A DNA stretch of 63,532 bases. It comes from Hyphomicrobiaceae bacterium (GTDB lineage Bacteria > Pseudomonadota > Alphaproteobacteria > Rhizobiales > Hyphomicrobiaceae). Positions within the stretch are counted from its first letter, which is position 1. Each line of letters begins with the position of its first letter. The stretch lies in the NCBI GenBank assembly GCA_031365465.1, contig JANLYD010000003.1, positions 1 to 63,532 on the forward strand. The letters are read 5' to 3'. The notes under the pieces were generated by a model. The model was not told the DNA's origin. It worked only from the letters and a program-made list of their open reading frames with translations, and ran no database searches. Shown here one piece after another: positions 55,636-63,532 of the stretch. The position numbers were made by a program, and so were the translations under genes.

Positions 55636-57231
55636 TCACGTTGTAGCCCGGATCAAATCGGCGGCTTTTTCGCCGACCATGATCGAGGGCGCGTTGGTGT
55701 TGCCCGACGGCATGGTCGGAAAAATCGATGCGTCGGCAATGCGCAGACCGTGTAGTCCGTGCACCCGCAATTTGTCGTCGACCACGGTGCCGGGGCCTGC
55801 GGGACCCATGCGGCAGGTGCCGATGGGGTGATAGGCCGTCTGCGAGGTGTTGCGGATCCAACCGAGGATCTGCTCGTCGGTCGCGACGTCGGTACCGGGC
55901 GACAGTTCAGCGCCGCGCAGCGCGGCCATCGCGGGCGCGGCGACGATGCGGCGCATCATCTTGAAACCGTCGAGCGTGGTCTGCTGGTCGATGCGATCAG
56001 CCAGAAAGTTGAAACGTATCGCCGGCGGCACGTCGGGGTCTGCCGAGCGGATATGGATCGACCCGAGGCTTTCCGGGCGCAACTGATAGCAGGCGATGGT
56101 CATCGACGGGATGTCGTGGAGCTTGCGGCGCTTGGGATCTTTGACGGCGTAGGGCACCAGATGCATCTGGACATCGGGGGAGGCCAGATCAGGGCGCGTC
56201 TTGAGAAAGGCAACAAGCGGCGCCGACGGCAGGCTGAAAAACCCACCGCCGGTCAGCGCATATTTCATAGCTTGCTGCACCGAGCCGATGCCACGCGCCA
56301 TGTGGTTGTAGGAGACCCGCGCATCCGTCACGCGCCACTGGATGCGGGCATTGATGTGGTCGCGAAAGTTTTCGCCGACGGCGGGCAGCGAGTGCTGCAC
56401 CGGAATACCGTGCGCTGTGAGCACCTCGGGCCGGCCGATACCGGACAGCTCCAGCAACTGCGGCGTGGCGACCGCGCCCGCCGATACGATCACCTCGCGG
56501 CCGGCCCGCACGACGATTCGCTGGCCTTGATGTTCGTATTCGACACCGGTGCAGCGGGTACCTTCGAGCAGTAGTCGGCGCGCCGGCGCTTCGGTGACGA
56601 CTTCGAGATTGGGACGGCGCATAGCCTGCCGGAGGTAGGTATGGTGGATGCTCATGCGGCGGCCACGGCGAATGTTGACCTGCGTCTTGGCGATGCCCTC
56701 CTGGTCTTCGCTGTTGTAATCGGGATTGGTGCGATAGCCGGCTTCGTTGGCTGCTTTGAACAGTGCATCGTAGAGCGGGTTCTGATCAGGCACTTCGGAG
56801 ACGTGGACCGGTCCGCCTCGACCGCGACCCAGCGCGCCCGGTCGTTCAAAGTCTTCGATGCGATCGAACAGCGGTGCTACGTCCTGCCAGCTCCAGCCGC
56901 GCGCGCCCATCTGCGCCCAGGTGTCATAGTCGAGCGTCTGCCCGCGGACCCAGACGAGCCCGTTGATCGCACTCGACCCGCCGAGCAGTTTGCCGCGCGG
57001 CACAGGAATGGTGCGATTGTTGGTGCCGGGTTCGGGTTCTGATTGATACAGCCAATTGGCCGCCGCGTTGTTGATCAGCAAGCCAAAACTAATCGGAAAC
57101 TGCGAATAGACGTGCGTGGCCCGGCCGGCTTCGAGCAGCAGCACGCGGGTCGCCGGATTCTCGGACAATCGCGATGCCAGTACGCCGCCCGCCGATCCCG
57201 ACCCGATGACGATGTAGTCGAAACTGTGCAT
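55636..57231 (-). CDS. GMC-family oxidoreductase (choline dehydrogenase-like)
   Basis: ATG 57231 follows GGGGGAG. N-terminus FDYIVIGSGSAGGVLASRLSE, GMC signatures (GGSSAINGLVWVRG, and a C-terminal HPIGTCRMG ... SGNTNAP). The N-terminal 296 aa of the 828-aa track ORF overlap livF in another frame and are discarded. Confidence 0.88.
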   Translation of the reverse strand: MHSFDYIVIGSGSAGGVLASRLSENPATRVLLLEAGRATHVYSQFPISFGLLINNAAANWLYQSEPEPGTNNRTIPVPRGKLLGGSSAINGLVWVRGQTLDYDTWAQMGARGWSWQDVAPLFDRIEDFERPGALGRGRGGPVHVSEVPDQNPLYDALFKAANEAGYRTNPDYNSEDQEGIAKTQVNIRRGRRMSIHHTYLRQAMRRPNLEVVTEAPARRLLLEGTRCTGVEYEHQGQRIVVRAGREVIVSAGAVATPQLLELSGIGRPEVLTAHGIPVQHSLPAVGENFRDHINARIQWRVTDARVSYNHMARGIGSVQQAMKYALTGGGFFSLPSAPLVAFLKTRPDLASPDVQMHLVPYAVKDPKRRKLHDIPSMTIACYQLRPESLGSIHIRSADPDVPPAIRFNFLADRIDQQTTLDGFKMMRRIVAAPAMAALRGAELSPGTDVATDEQILGWIRNTSQTAYHPIGTCRMGPAGPGTVVDDKLRVHGLHGLRIADASIFPTMPSGNTNAPSIMVGEKAADLIRATT

Positions 57232-57278
57232 GGTGGCTCCCCCAGCCCGTTGGCCGACGCCTGCGAACGTCTCACGGT

Positions 57279-58004
57279 TCAGCTGCGTCCGCCACCCAGT
57301 CCCAAATAACTCTCGATGACGCGCGGGTCGGCTGCCAGTTGGGCTGCTGGTCCCTGCAGCGTGACCTCCCCGAGTTCCATGACGTAGGCGTGATCTGCAA
57401 CCTGGAGCGCGGCGCGGGCATTCTGCTCGACCAACAGGATCGACACGCCGGCGCGACTGAGATCGGTGACGATGTGGAAGATCTCTTTGACGATCAGCGG
57501 CGCGAGGCCGAGGCTGGGTTCGTCGAGCATCAGCAGCCGCGGCTTGCTCATCAACGCGCGGCCCATGGCGAGCATCTGCCGCTCGCCGCCGGACAAGGTG
57601 CCCGCCTCCTGGCGGCGTCGTTCTTCGAGGCGAGGAAAGCGCCGGAACACTTCGCGCAAGCCATCGGCGACGGCACTCGTGCCGAACCGGTAGGCGCCGA
57701 GCCGCAGGTTGTCTTCGACGCTCATTGTCGTGAAGAGTTCGCGCTTTTCGGGAACGAGGCAGAGCCCCTGGCCGACGCGCGCTTCGACCAGACTGCGGCC
57801 GAGAGCGCGGCCGTCGAGCGCCATGTCGCCGGCGGCCGGCAGCACGCCCATGATCGCGTTGAGCAACGTCGTCTTGCCCGCGCCGTTGGCACCGATGACC
57901 GTGACGATGCTGCCTTCGGCGATCTCGAGGGACACGCCACGCACCGCTTCGACGCGGCCGTAATTCACCGACACGCCGGAGACTTTGAGAATGGGCGTGC
58001 TCAT
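57279..58004 (-). CDS. livF: ABC transporter ATP-binding protein (LivF-like), second Liv-type system
   Basis: Start at MSTPILKVSGVSVNYG (ATG 58004). GANGAGKTT, LSGGERQMLAMGRAL, LLMLDEPSLGLAP. Confidence 0.85.
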   Translation of the reverse strand: MSTPILKVSGVSVNYGRVEAVRGVSLEIAEGSIVTVIGANGAGKTTLLNAIMGVLPAAGDMALDGRALGRSLVEARVGQGLCLVPEKRELFTTMSVEDNLRLGAYRFGTSAVADGLREVFRRFPRLEERRRQEAGTLSGGERQMLAMGRALMSKPRLLMLDEPSLGLAPLIVKEIFHIVTDLSRAGVSILLVEQNARAALQVADHAYVMELGEVTLQGPAAQLAADPRVIESYLGLGGGRS

Positions 58005-58060
58005 GGAGAGCCTCGCTCGGGTGATGCCGGGGCGGGGCGGGTCGGTCGCGTGTCTCGAAC

Positions 58061-58372
58061 GGTGTGAGGCCGGGGCGGTCCCGGGTCTGCGTCGCACCGA
58101 TCCGCTTTTCTCCACGCAGCACCGCGCCCGGGATGTCAGTGAAATTTCACGGCTGCCGTTGTATGCGCGATGGTTCGTTTTGCACTTTGTAAAGATGCAC
58201 CGGAGTGTGCCGCTCGATTGGTGTGAGGTCTGTGCGGTCCCGTGTCTGCGTCGCACCACAAGAGTGCTGCGCCGCGCACGGGATGACAGCAGTTGTTTTC
58301 ATTTGTCATTGCGCGCGCGATGCATAGTTTTGCACTTGGCAAAATTGTGCGCCGCAGACACGGGACCGCCCA
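58061..58372. repeat. two imperfect tandem copies (period about 160 bp) of a structured intergenic element
   Basis: GGTGTGAGGCCGGGGCGGTCCCGGGTCTGCGTCGCACC (from 58061) and GGTGTGAGGTCTGTGCGGTCCCGTGTCTGCGTCGCACC (from 58220). CGCGATGGTTCGTTTTGCACTTTGTAAAG is paired with CGCGATGCATAGTTTTGCACTTGGCAAAA. An inverted partner CGCAGACACGGGACCGC closes the second copy at about 58350-58370. Confidence 0.75.
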
Positions 58373-58407
58373 GGATTGAAACAGTGGCGCCACATCAGAA
58401 GCGAAGC

Positions 58408-60186
58408 TCATTCGACGCCTCCGAGATAGGCTTCGAGCACCTGCGGATTGACGGCGATTTCGGCCGGCGTGCCCTCGGCGATCTTGGTGCCGAACACCAG
58501 CACCACCAGATGGTCGGTCAGCTTCATGACGAAATCCATGTCGTGTTCGACCAGCAGGATCGTCATTCCCTCGCCCCGCAAGCGCGACAGCAACTCAGCC
58601 AATTGCTGCTTTTCGTTGAAGCGCAGGCCGGCGGCGGGTTCGTCGAGCAACAGCAACGCCGGATCGAGACACAGAGCGCGCGCGATTTCGACGACCCGCT
58701 GCTGCCCCAGCGCAAGCGATCCCGCTGGCTTGTGCATGTGCGCGCCGAGCCCGACGCGCTGCAACTGGCGCGCGGCTTCCGCCAGCATGCGCGCCTCTTC
58801 GGCCCGATCCAATCGCAGCATGGAGGCGACGACGCCAGGTCGCGTCCGCAGATGCGCACCGATGGCGACATTTTCCAAAACGGTCATGGCGCCCACCAGC
58901 TTCACATGCTGGAACGTGCGGGCGATGCCGAGCTTGGCAATGCCGCGCGCCGGGAGACGTTCGATGCGCTGACCGCCGAAGCTGATCACACCCGCCGTTG
59001 CGTCGAGCACCCCGGTCAGCAGGTTGAACAGCGTGCTCTTGCCCGCGCCGTTGGGCCCGATGACGCCGACGATTTCGCCGGCTTTCAGCGTGAAGCTCAC
59101 GTCGTTGACCGCGACGAGGCCGCCGAACTGCTTGCGGGCCTTGTCGATCACCAGCAACGGGCTGCCCTTCGCCGGCACCGGCCGATGCGACAGTGGGATG
59201 GCGGCGGCATCGATGATCTTGTCGGCGGGTTTCGGCAGCACCTGCAGAATGAATGGCCACAACCCCTGCCGCGCCACCTGCAAGACGGCGACCATGAGAA
59301 TGCCGAACACGATGGATTCGAAATTGCCCCCGATGCCGATCAACTTCGGCAGGATATTCTGCAGTTGATCTTTGAGGACGGTGACGATGCCCGCGCCCAG
59401 CACGCCGCCGACCACATAGCCGGAGCCGCCAAGCACCGCCATCAGCAGATATTCGATGCCGGCGTTGATGCCGAACGGCGACGGACTGACGGATCGTTGC
59501 ACGTGCGCATAGAGCCAGCCGGCCAACCCCGCCAACAATGCCGCGTAGACGAAGATCACCAGCTTCGCGCGCGCCGTGTCGACGCCAAAACTTTCCGCAG
59601 CGATGCTGCCTCCGCGCAAGGCTCGCACCGCGCGGCCCATGCGGCTGTCGAGCAGGTTTTCGCTGAGGACGACCGCGATCAGCACCGAGATCCAGATCGG
59701 GTAGAATACGGCGCGCGCGTCGATGAGCGACGAGCCGCCGATGGAAAACGCGGGGATGCCGGAGATGCCGTCGTAGCGGCCGAGCGCTTCGATGTTGCCG
59801 AACAGATAGTAGAAGCTGATGCCCCAGGCGATGGTGCCGAGCGGCAGATAGTGCCCCGACAGTTTCGCCGTGACGACGCCGATCAGCAACGCCATGGCAC
59901 CCGTCGCCAGTAACGCTGCCGGCAACGTGGCCCAGGGCGAGATACCGAATTTGGTGGTGAGGATCGCGGTCGTGTACGCGCCGAAGCCGACGAACGCCGC
60001 CTGCCCGAACGACGTCATGCCGCCGACGCCCGTCAACAGGACCAGGCCGATAGCGACGAGGCTGGACAGGCCGATGTAGCCGGCCAGCGTCACCCAGAAC
60101 TCAGGCACGCCGGGGATCAGCGGAAACGCCGCGATGGCCGCCACCGCGAGCAGTCGCACCAGCCACGAGTTGAGCCGCGCACTCAT
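58408..60186 (-). CDS. fused LivM-like permease / LivG-like ATPase
   Basis: The N-terminal 330 aa or so are a TM permease. The C-terminal ABC domain has GPNGAGKSTLFNLLTG, a signature-region LALGQQRVVEIARAL, and LLLLDEPAAGL. Confidence 0.85.
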   Translation of the reverse strand: MSARLNSWLVRLLAVAAIAAFPLIPGVPEFWVTLAGYIGLSSLVAIGLVLLTGVGGMTSFGQAAFVGFGAYTTAILTTKFGISPWATLPAALLATGAMALLIGVVTAKLSGHYLPLGTIAWGISFYYLFGNIEALGRYDGISGIPAFSIGGSSLIDARAVFYPIWISVLIAVVLSENLLDSRMGRAVRALRGGSIAAESFGVDTARAKLVIFVYAALLAGLAGWLYAHVQRSVSPSPFGINAGIEYLLMAVLGGSGYVVGGVLGAGIVTVLKDQLQNILPKLIGIGGNFESIVFGILMVAVLQVARQGLWPFILQVLPKPADKIIDAAAIPLSHRPVPAKGSPLLVIDKARKQFGGLVAVNDVSFTLKAGEIVGVIGPNGAGKSTLFNLLTGVLDATAGVISFGGQRIERLPARGIAKLGIARTFQHVKLVGAMTVLENVAIGAHLRTRPGVVASMLRLDRAEEARMLAEAARQLQRVGLGAHMHKPAGSLALGQQRVVEIARALCLDPALLLLDEPAAGLRFNEKQQLAELLSRLRGEGMTILLVEHDMDFVMKLTDHLVVLVFGTKIAEGTPAEIAVNPQVLEAYLGGVE

Positions 60187-60187
60187 C

Positions 60188-61234
60188 TCACGCCTCCTCG
60201 TCTTCGTCGTGATGAGGGCCGCTGGCGAGCGATCGCCAGATCAGCACGGGAATGATGATCGAAAACACGATCACTTCCTTGAAGGCGCTGGCGAAGAAAG
60301 CCGAATACGATTCGAGCAACCCGACGAACAATGCCGACAGCGCCGTCAACGGATAGCTGTGCAACCCCGCGATGATAGCGGCGACAAATCCTTTGAGACC
60401 GATCAGGAATCCAGAGTCGTAATAGATCGTCGTCAGCGAACCGATCAGAATGCCGGACACCGCCCCGATCGCCGCCGCCAGCGCAAACGCGATGCGGCCC
60501 GTCGAGGCCACGGGAATGCCGACGAGGCGCGCGCCGAGCCGATTGACCGCAGTCGCCCGCAGCGCTTTGCCCAACATCGTGCGTTCGAAAAAAACGTACA
60601 GTCCGCATAGCACCAGCACCGTGACGACGAGTACGCCGAGGCTCTGCCACTTGATCATCAACGGTCCCGCCGCGAATGCGCCAGCGAGCAGCGGCGTGGT
60701 GCGCACGCCTTCAGCGCCGAAGAACACGAGGCCGAGCCCGACGAGCGCGAAATGCACGCCGATCGATGCGATCAGCAACACGAGCACCGACGCATCGGCC
60801 AATGGCTGGAACGCAATGCGATAGACGAGCGGCCCCATCGGAACGAGCAACGCGAGGGTGATGGCCACGTTGAAGGCGAGGCCGAGCTTTAACGGCGCCA
60901 GCCAGATGACGGTCAGCAACAGCGCGCTGGGCAACGCGACGTCGAGCATCAGTGACGTTGCCACCTGCCTGAGCGTCACCTCGCGGCCGTCGCGGATAAT
61001 GTCCAGCGCCGCAGTGGCGATGCCGAGCACCAGCAGCAACCACGCCGTACCCGGAACCGTGCCCGCTTCGAGCGCCGCGACCGTAAGTGCGGCCCAAGCG
61101 ATGAACTCGCCTTGCGGTACGAAGATTACGCGCGTCACGGCGAACACTAGCACCAGCGTCACGCCGACGAGCGCATAAATCGCCCCGTTTATGATGCCGT
61201 CCTGCGCCAGAAACAGCGCGATGGTCGCGTTCAT
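60188..61234 (-). CDS. livH: ABC transporter permease (LivH-like)
   Basis: Start at MNATIALFLAQDGIINGAIYALVGV (ATG 61234). Multi-TM. The stop abuts the fused permease/ATPase start. Confidence 0.85.
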   Translation of the reverse strand: MNATIALFLAQDGIINGAIYALVGVTLVLVFAVTRVIFVPQGEFIAWAALTVAALEAGTVPGTAWLLLVLGIATAALDIIRDGREVTLRQVATSLMLDVALPSALLLTVIWLAPLKLGLAFNVAITLALLVPMGPLVYRIAFQPLADASVLVLLIASIGVHFALVGLGLVFFGAEGVRTTPLLAGAFAAGPLMIKWQSLGVLVVTVLVLCGLYVFFERTMLGKALRATAVNRLGARLVGIPVASTGRIAFALAAAIGAVSGILIGSLTTIYYDSGFLIGLKGFVAAIIAGLHSYPLTALSALFVGLLESYSAFFASAFKEVIVFSIIIPVLIWRSLASGPHHDEDEEA

Positions 61235-61284
61235 GCCGCCGCACTCCCGCTCACAGGAATCTGCGTCGGTGACGGCGGGATATG

Positions 61285-61525
61285 CAATGCCTCCCACCCT
61301 GTCCCTCCCGCACGAGGGGGGAGGGGACGGTCACGTCAGCACGGGCAGGTGTGGTGGGGTCACCGACGACGCATCCGCTGACGATCGGACACGCGACGAC
61401 CGCGCCACGGCGTCGACGGAACTCCCTCCCCCCTTGGGGGGGAGGGTTGGGGTGGGGGGACTTTTTCGACGGTCGCATCGCTGGAGAGAGCCCCCCACCC
61501 CTAACCCCTCCCCACCAGGGGGAGT
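61285..61525. repeat. G-tract/C-tract palindromic REP-like elements
   Basis: Hairpin GTCCCTCCCGCACGAGGGGGGAGGGGAC near 61291-61318. The arm CTCCCTCCCCCCTTGGGGGGGAGGGTTGGGGTGGGGGG (about 61423-61460) faces an imperfect inverted partner CCCCCCACCCCTAACCCCTCCCCACCAGGGGGAG (about 61491-61524). Confidence 0.7.
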
Positions 61526-61580
61526 GAAAGACCTCAGGGTCGGCTTGATGTTGGAGGTCGTGGACGCACTTTGATCGGTG

Positions 61581-62753
61581 TCACTTCGTCTCGGGCACGA
61601 GCGTCCACTTGCCGCCTTCGACTTTGATCAGCACGCGGCTGCGTTTGTCGAGGCCGGCATGATCGGTGGGCGAGAACGTGTAGACGCCGTGCGTCGCCAC
61701 GACTTCCTTGGAGGTTTCCACCGCGTCACGGAGGGCCGAGCGGAACTCTTCGCTCCCCGGCTTTGCCTTCGCAAGTGCCGGCTTCACGCCAGCCAGCATC
61801 AACGTCGCGCAATCGTTGAGATGGGCGCCGAAGCCAGCGAACGGCGACTTGTTGTTCTCTTCGTACTGCTTGATGTAGGCGAGGCCGGCGGCCTTCGACG
61901 GATGACTGTCGGGCAACAGGCTGGCGACCACGACGGGGCCTGCCGGGAAGATCGTGCCTTCGACATCCTTGCCGCCGACGCGAACGAACTCCATCGTGGA
62001 GATGCCGTGCGTCTGATAGATCGGCTTGGTATAACCCTGCTCGCGCAGCGTTTTGTGCGGCATCACGGCGACCGTTCCGGAGGCCGCGATCAGCACCGCA
62101 TCTGGTGTCGTCGACAGGATCTTGAGGCCTTGGGCGGTGACGCTGGTGTCGGTGCGCTGAAAGCGTTCGGTGGCGAGAACGGTGATCCCCTTTTTCGGGA
62201 AGATCGCGTTGACCTCGTCGAGCCAACCCTGGCCGTAACCGTCGGTATAGCCGAGGAAGCCAACCGTCTTGATGCCGGCCGCCGCCATGTGATCGGCCAC
62301 AGCTTCGGCCATGATGGCGTCGTTTTGCGGCGCCTTGAATACCCACTTGCGCTTGTCGTCCATGGGCATGACCGTGCCCTTCGTCGGCACCATCGCGCAG
62401 TAGGGCGTCTTGGTTTCGGCTGCCACGTCGACCAGTGCGATCGTCGCCGGAGTGGCCGACGAGCCGATGAGGACGTCGATCTTGTTTTCGGCAATCATCT
62501 TGCGGGCGTTTGCGACAGCCTTCGTCGGATCGGTGGCATCATCGAGCACGATGTATTCGATCGACTGACCCTCGATCTCTTTCGGCAACTGCGCGACCGT
62601 ATTCTTTTGCGGAATGCCAAGCGCTGCGGCCGGGCCGGTCTGTGACACGGTGATGCCGACTTTTAGCTGAGCCTCAGCCGACACGGCCATGGCGGCACAC
62701 AGCGCGCCAGTCGAAAGCAGAGTCCGAACTGTGGTGCGAACGATAAATGACAT
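61581..62753 (-). CDS. periplasmic substrate-binding protein of the second Liv-type ABC system
   Basis: Signal peptide (LLSTGALCAAMAVSAEA) and LKVGITVSQTGPAAALG, typical of LivK-type type I binding proteins. Confidence 0.85.
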   Translation of the reverse strand: MSFIVRTTVRTLLSTGALCAAMAVSAEAQLKVGITVSQTGPAAALGIPQKNTVAQLPKEIEGQSIEYIVLDDATDPTKAVANARKMIAENKIDVLIGSSATPATIALVDVAAETKTPYCAMVPTKGTVMPMDDKRKWVFKAPQNDAIMAEAVADHMAAAGIKTVGFLGYTDGYGQGWLDEVNAIFPKKGITVLATERFQRTDTSVTAQGLKILSTTPDAVLIAASGTVAVMPHKTLREQGYTKPIYQTHGISTMEFVRVGGKDVEGTIFPAGPVVVASLLPDSHPSKAAGLAYIKQYEENNKSPFAGFGAHLNDCATLMLAGVKPALAKAKPGSEEFRSALRDAVETSKEVVATHGVYTFSPTDHAGLDKRSRVLIKVEGGKWTLVPETK

Positions 62754-62889
62754 TGTCTCACTCCCTGAGGGTCCGTTGCCCGTAATTTTTATGTCGCTGA
62801 GCGACCGGCTGGTTCCGGGCGTCGTGGACGTGCACCCGGTTGGTTCCGGATGCTAGGCGTTGCGCAATGGTTACGCACGCTCTTTCAAT

Positions 62890-62910
62890 ATAGTTATGGA
62901 TCATAACTAT
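62890..62910. promoter_or_regulatory. 21-bp perfect palindrome, candidate MarR operator
   Basis: ATAGTTATG-GAT-CATAACTAT, 9-bp arms with a 3-nt centre. It is AT-rich and lies in the divergent intergenic region between the binding-protein gene and the MarR gene. Confidence 0.45.
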
Positions 62911-63161
62911 CTACTCAGGTCAACCCGATCCGTGTCGCTCTCGACCGATCCCGTTCGGTGTCCCGGCCAAGTTTCGGCAGCATTCTGACGATGATAATTC
63001 TTGCCAATATGCCCGATGCGGATATTGTTTCGGCGTCACACTGGAGATGCGGGCGCCGCGGTCGATGTCGACCCCACGGCTGACGGAGAAATGCCTTGAA
63101 GCAAGGCGACGAACGAGCGGGCCCGGCAGCAACGCCTGAGTTGGAGCTCGAGATTTACGGG

Positions 63162-63532
63162 ATGCCCGGGTTTTTGATCCGCCGCATGCATCAGGCGTCG
63201 CAGGCGATCTTCGACAGCGAGATGGCGAAGACCGGCGGGGGTCTCACCTCCGTGCAGTATGCCGCCCTAACGGCAATCGCCGCGCGCCCCGGCCTCGATC
63301 AGGCGACGCTCGCGACCATCATCGCCTTCGACCGCGTCACCACCGGCGGCGTCGTCGACCGGCTCGAGGTCAAGAGTTACGTTCGGCGCGAAATCGCAAA
63401 GGGCGATCGGCGGTCTCGCCGCCTGCATCTGCAAACCGCAGGCGAGCTTGCGCTGGCGGCTGCCGCCCCGGTCGTGCGCGATATACAAGTCAAGATGCTG
63501 GCGGGGCTGTCTGACACCGAGCGAGTCCACCT
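63162..63532 (+). CDS. MarR-family transcriptional regulator, 3-prime end outside window
   Basis: The frame is open from 63084 to the window end and is not in the ORF track because no stop is reached. It translates as MPGFLIRRMHQASQAIFDSEMAKTGGGLTSVQYAALTAIAARPGLDQATLATIIAFDRVTTGGVVDRLEVKSYVRREIAKGDRRSRRLHLQ, a winged-helix MarR pattern. TTG 63096 or 63141 are alternative starts. Confidence 0.75.
   Translation, partial: MPGFLIRRMHQASQAIFDSEMAKTGGGLTSVQYAALTAIAARPGLDQATLATIIAFDRVTTGGVVDRLEVKSYVRREIAKGDRRSRRLHLQTAGELALAAAAPVVRDIQVKMLAGLSDTERVH

Noticed and set aside
57232-58122. N-terminal 296 aa of the 828-aa track ORF 55636..58122
   Set aside because: It is Arg/Pro-rich junk overlapping the LivF-like gene (57279-58004) in another frame. 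The GMC oxidoreductase starts at ATG 57231, with an RBS and the FAD-binding GSGSAGG motif right at its N-terminus.
57985-59913. 642-aa + strand ORF, and similar long antisense ORFs (15989..17011, 23652..24611, 61578..62645, 11337..12761, 22193..23188)
   Set aside because: Each is antisense to a motif-supported gene, has low-complexity Arg/Asp/His-rich translations and no recognisable domains. These are GC-driven open frames.
62920-63132. 70-aa minus-strand ORF in the MarR divergent spacer
   Set aside because: No RBS, no motif, and it partly overlaps the MarR reading frame region. It is probably non-coding promoter DNA.

Overview
High-GC alphaproteobacterial chromosome segment. The gene content and REP-like repeats resemble Bradyrhizobiaceae-type genomes, but that taxon call is inference. 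Hand G+C counts on single 60-nt lines of core genes give 35-46 of 60.

Most of the window is ordinary core or metabolic DNA:
- a thiolase tail and a type I secretion locus with an RTX substrate
- a Crp / MFS / intradiol-dioxygenase / hydrolase cluster
- a cytochrome c-propeller protein, a Ser/Thr kinase, an OmpA-like protein and a ferredoxin-coupled class III cyclase
- an IorAB-like molybdoenzyme and two Liv-type ABC uptake systems
- a Baeyer-Villiger monooxygenase with an SDR
- an AlgE-like beta-helix RTX protein and a nitroreductase
- a complete phoR-pstSCAB-phoU-phoB locus
- a GMC oxidoreductase, an L,D-transpeptidase and a MarR fragment

The stand-out region is about 35.8-51.2 kb, between phoR and tRNA-Ser(UGA). 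It is visibly lower in G+C (25-36 of 60 on sampled lines) and I recognise no integrase or transposase in it. It holds two features of interest:
1. A tightly packed same-strand operon (35857-45480): NodU-type carbamoyltransferase, a 1013-aa protein with a degenerate Hanks-kinase core, a 750-aa protein with no recognisable motif, a ParA/MinD-like ATPase with an Arg-substituted Walker A (KGGSGRST), and a TIR-FGE/SUMF1 fusion. A membrane desaturase follows on the same strand.
2. A translationally coupled patatin phospholipase plus stand-alone SLOG-like protein pair (49289-51168).

I read this as a candidate undescribed multi-component conflict (anti-phage) system. One possibility is Thoeris-like TIR-to-SLOG signalling logic. 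Function is inference from motif reading only.

Several dispersed or tandem intergenic repeat families and tRNA-Ser 3-prime-end debris are also documented.
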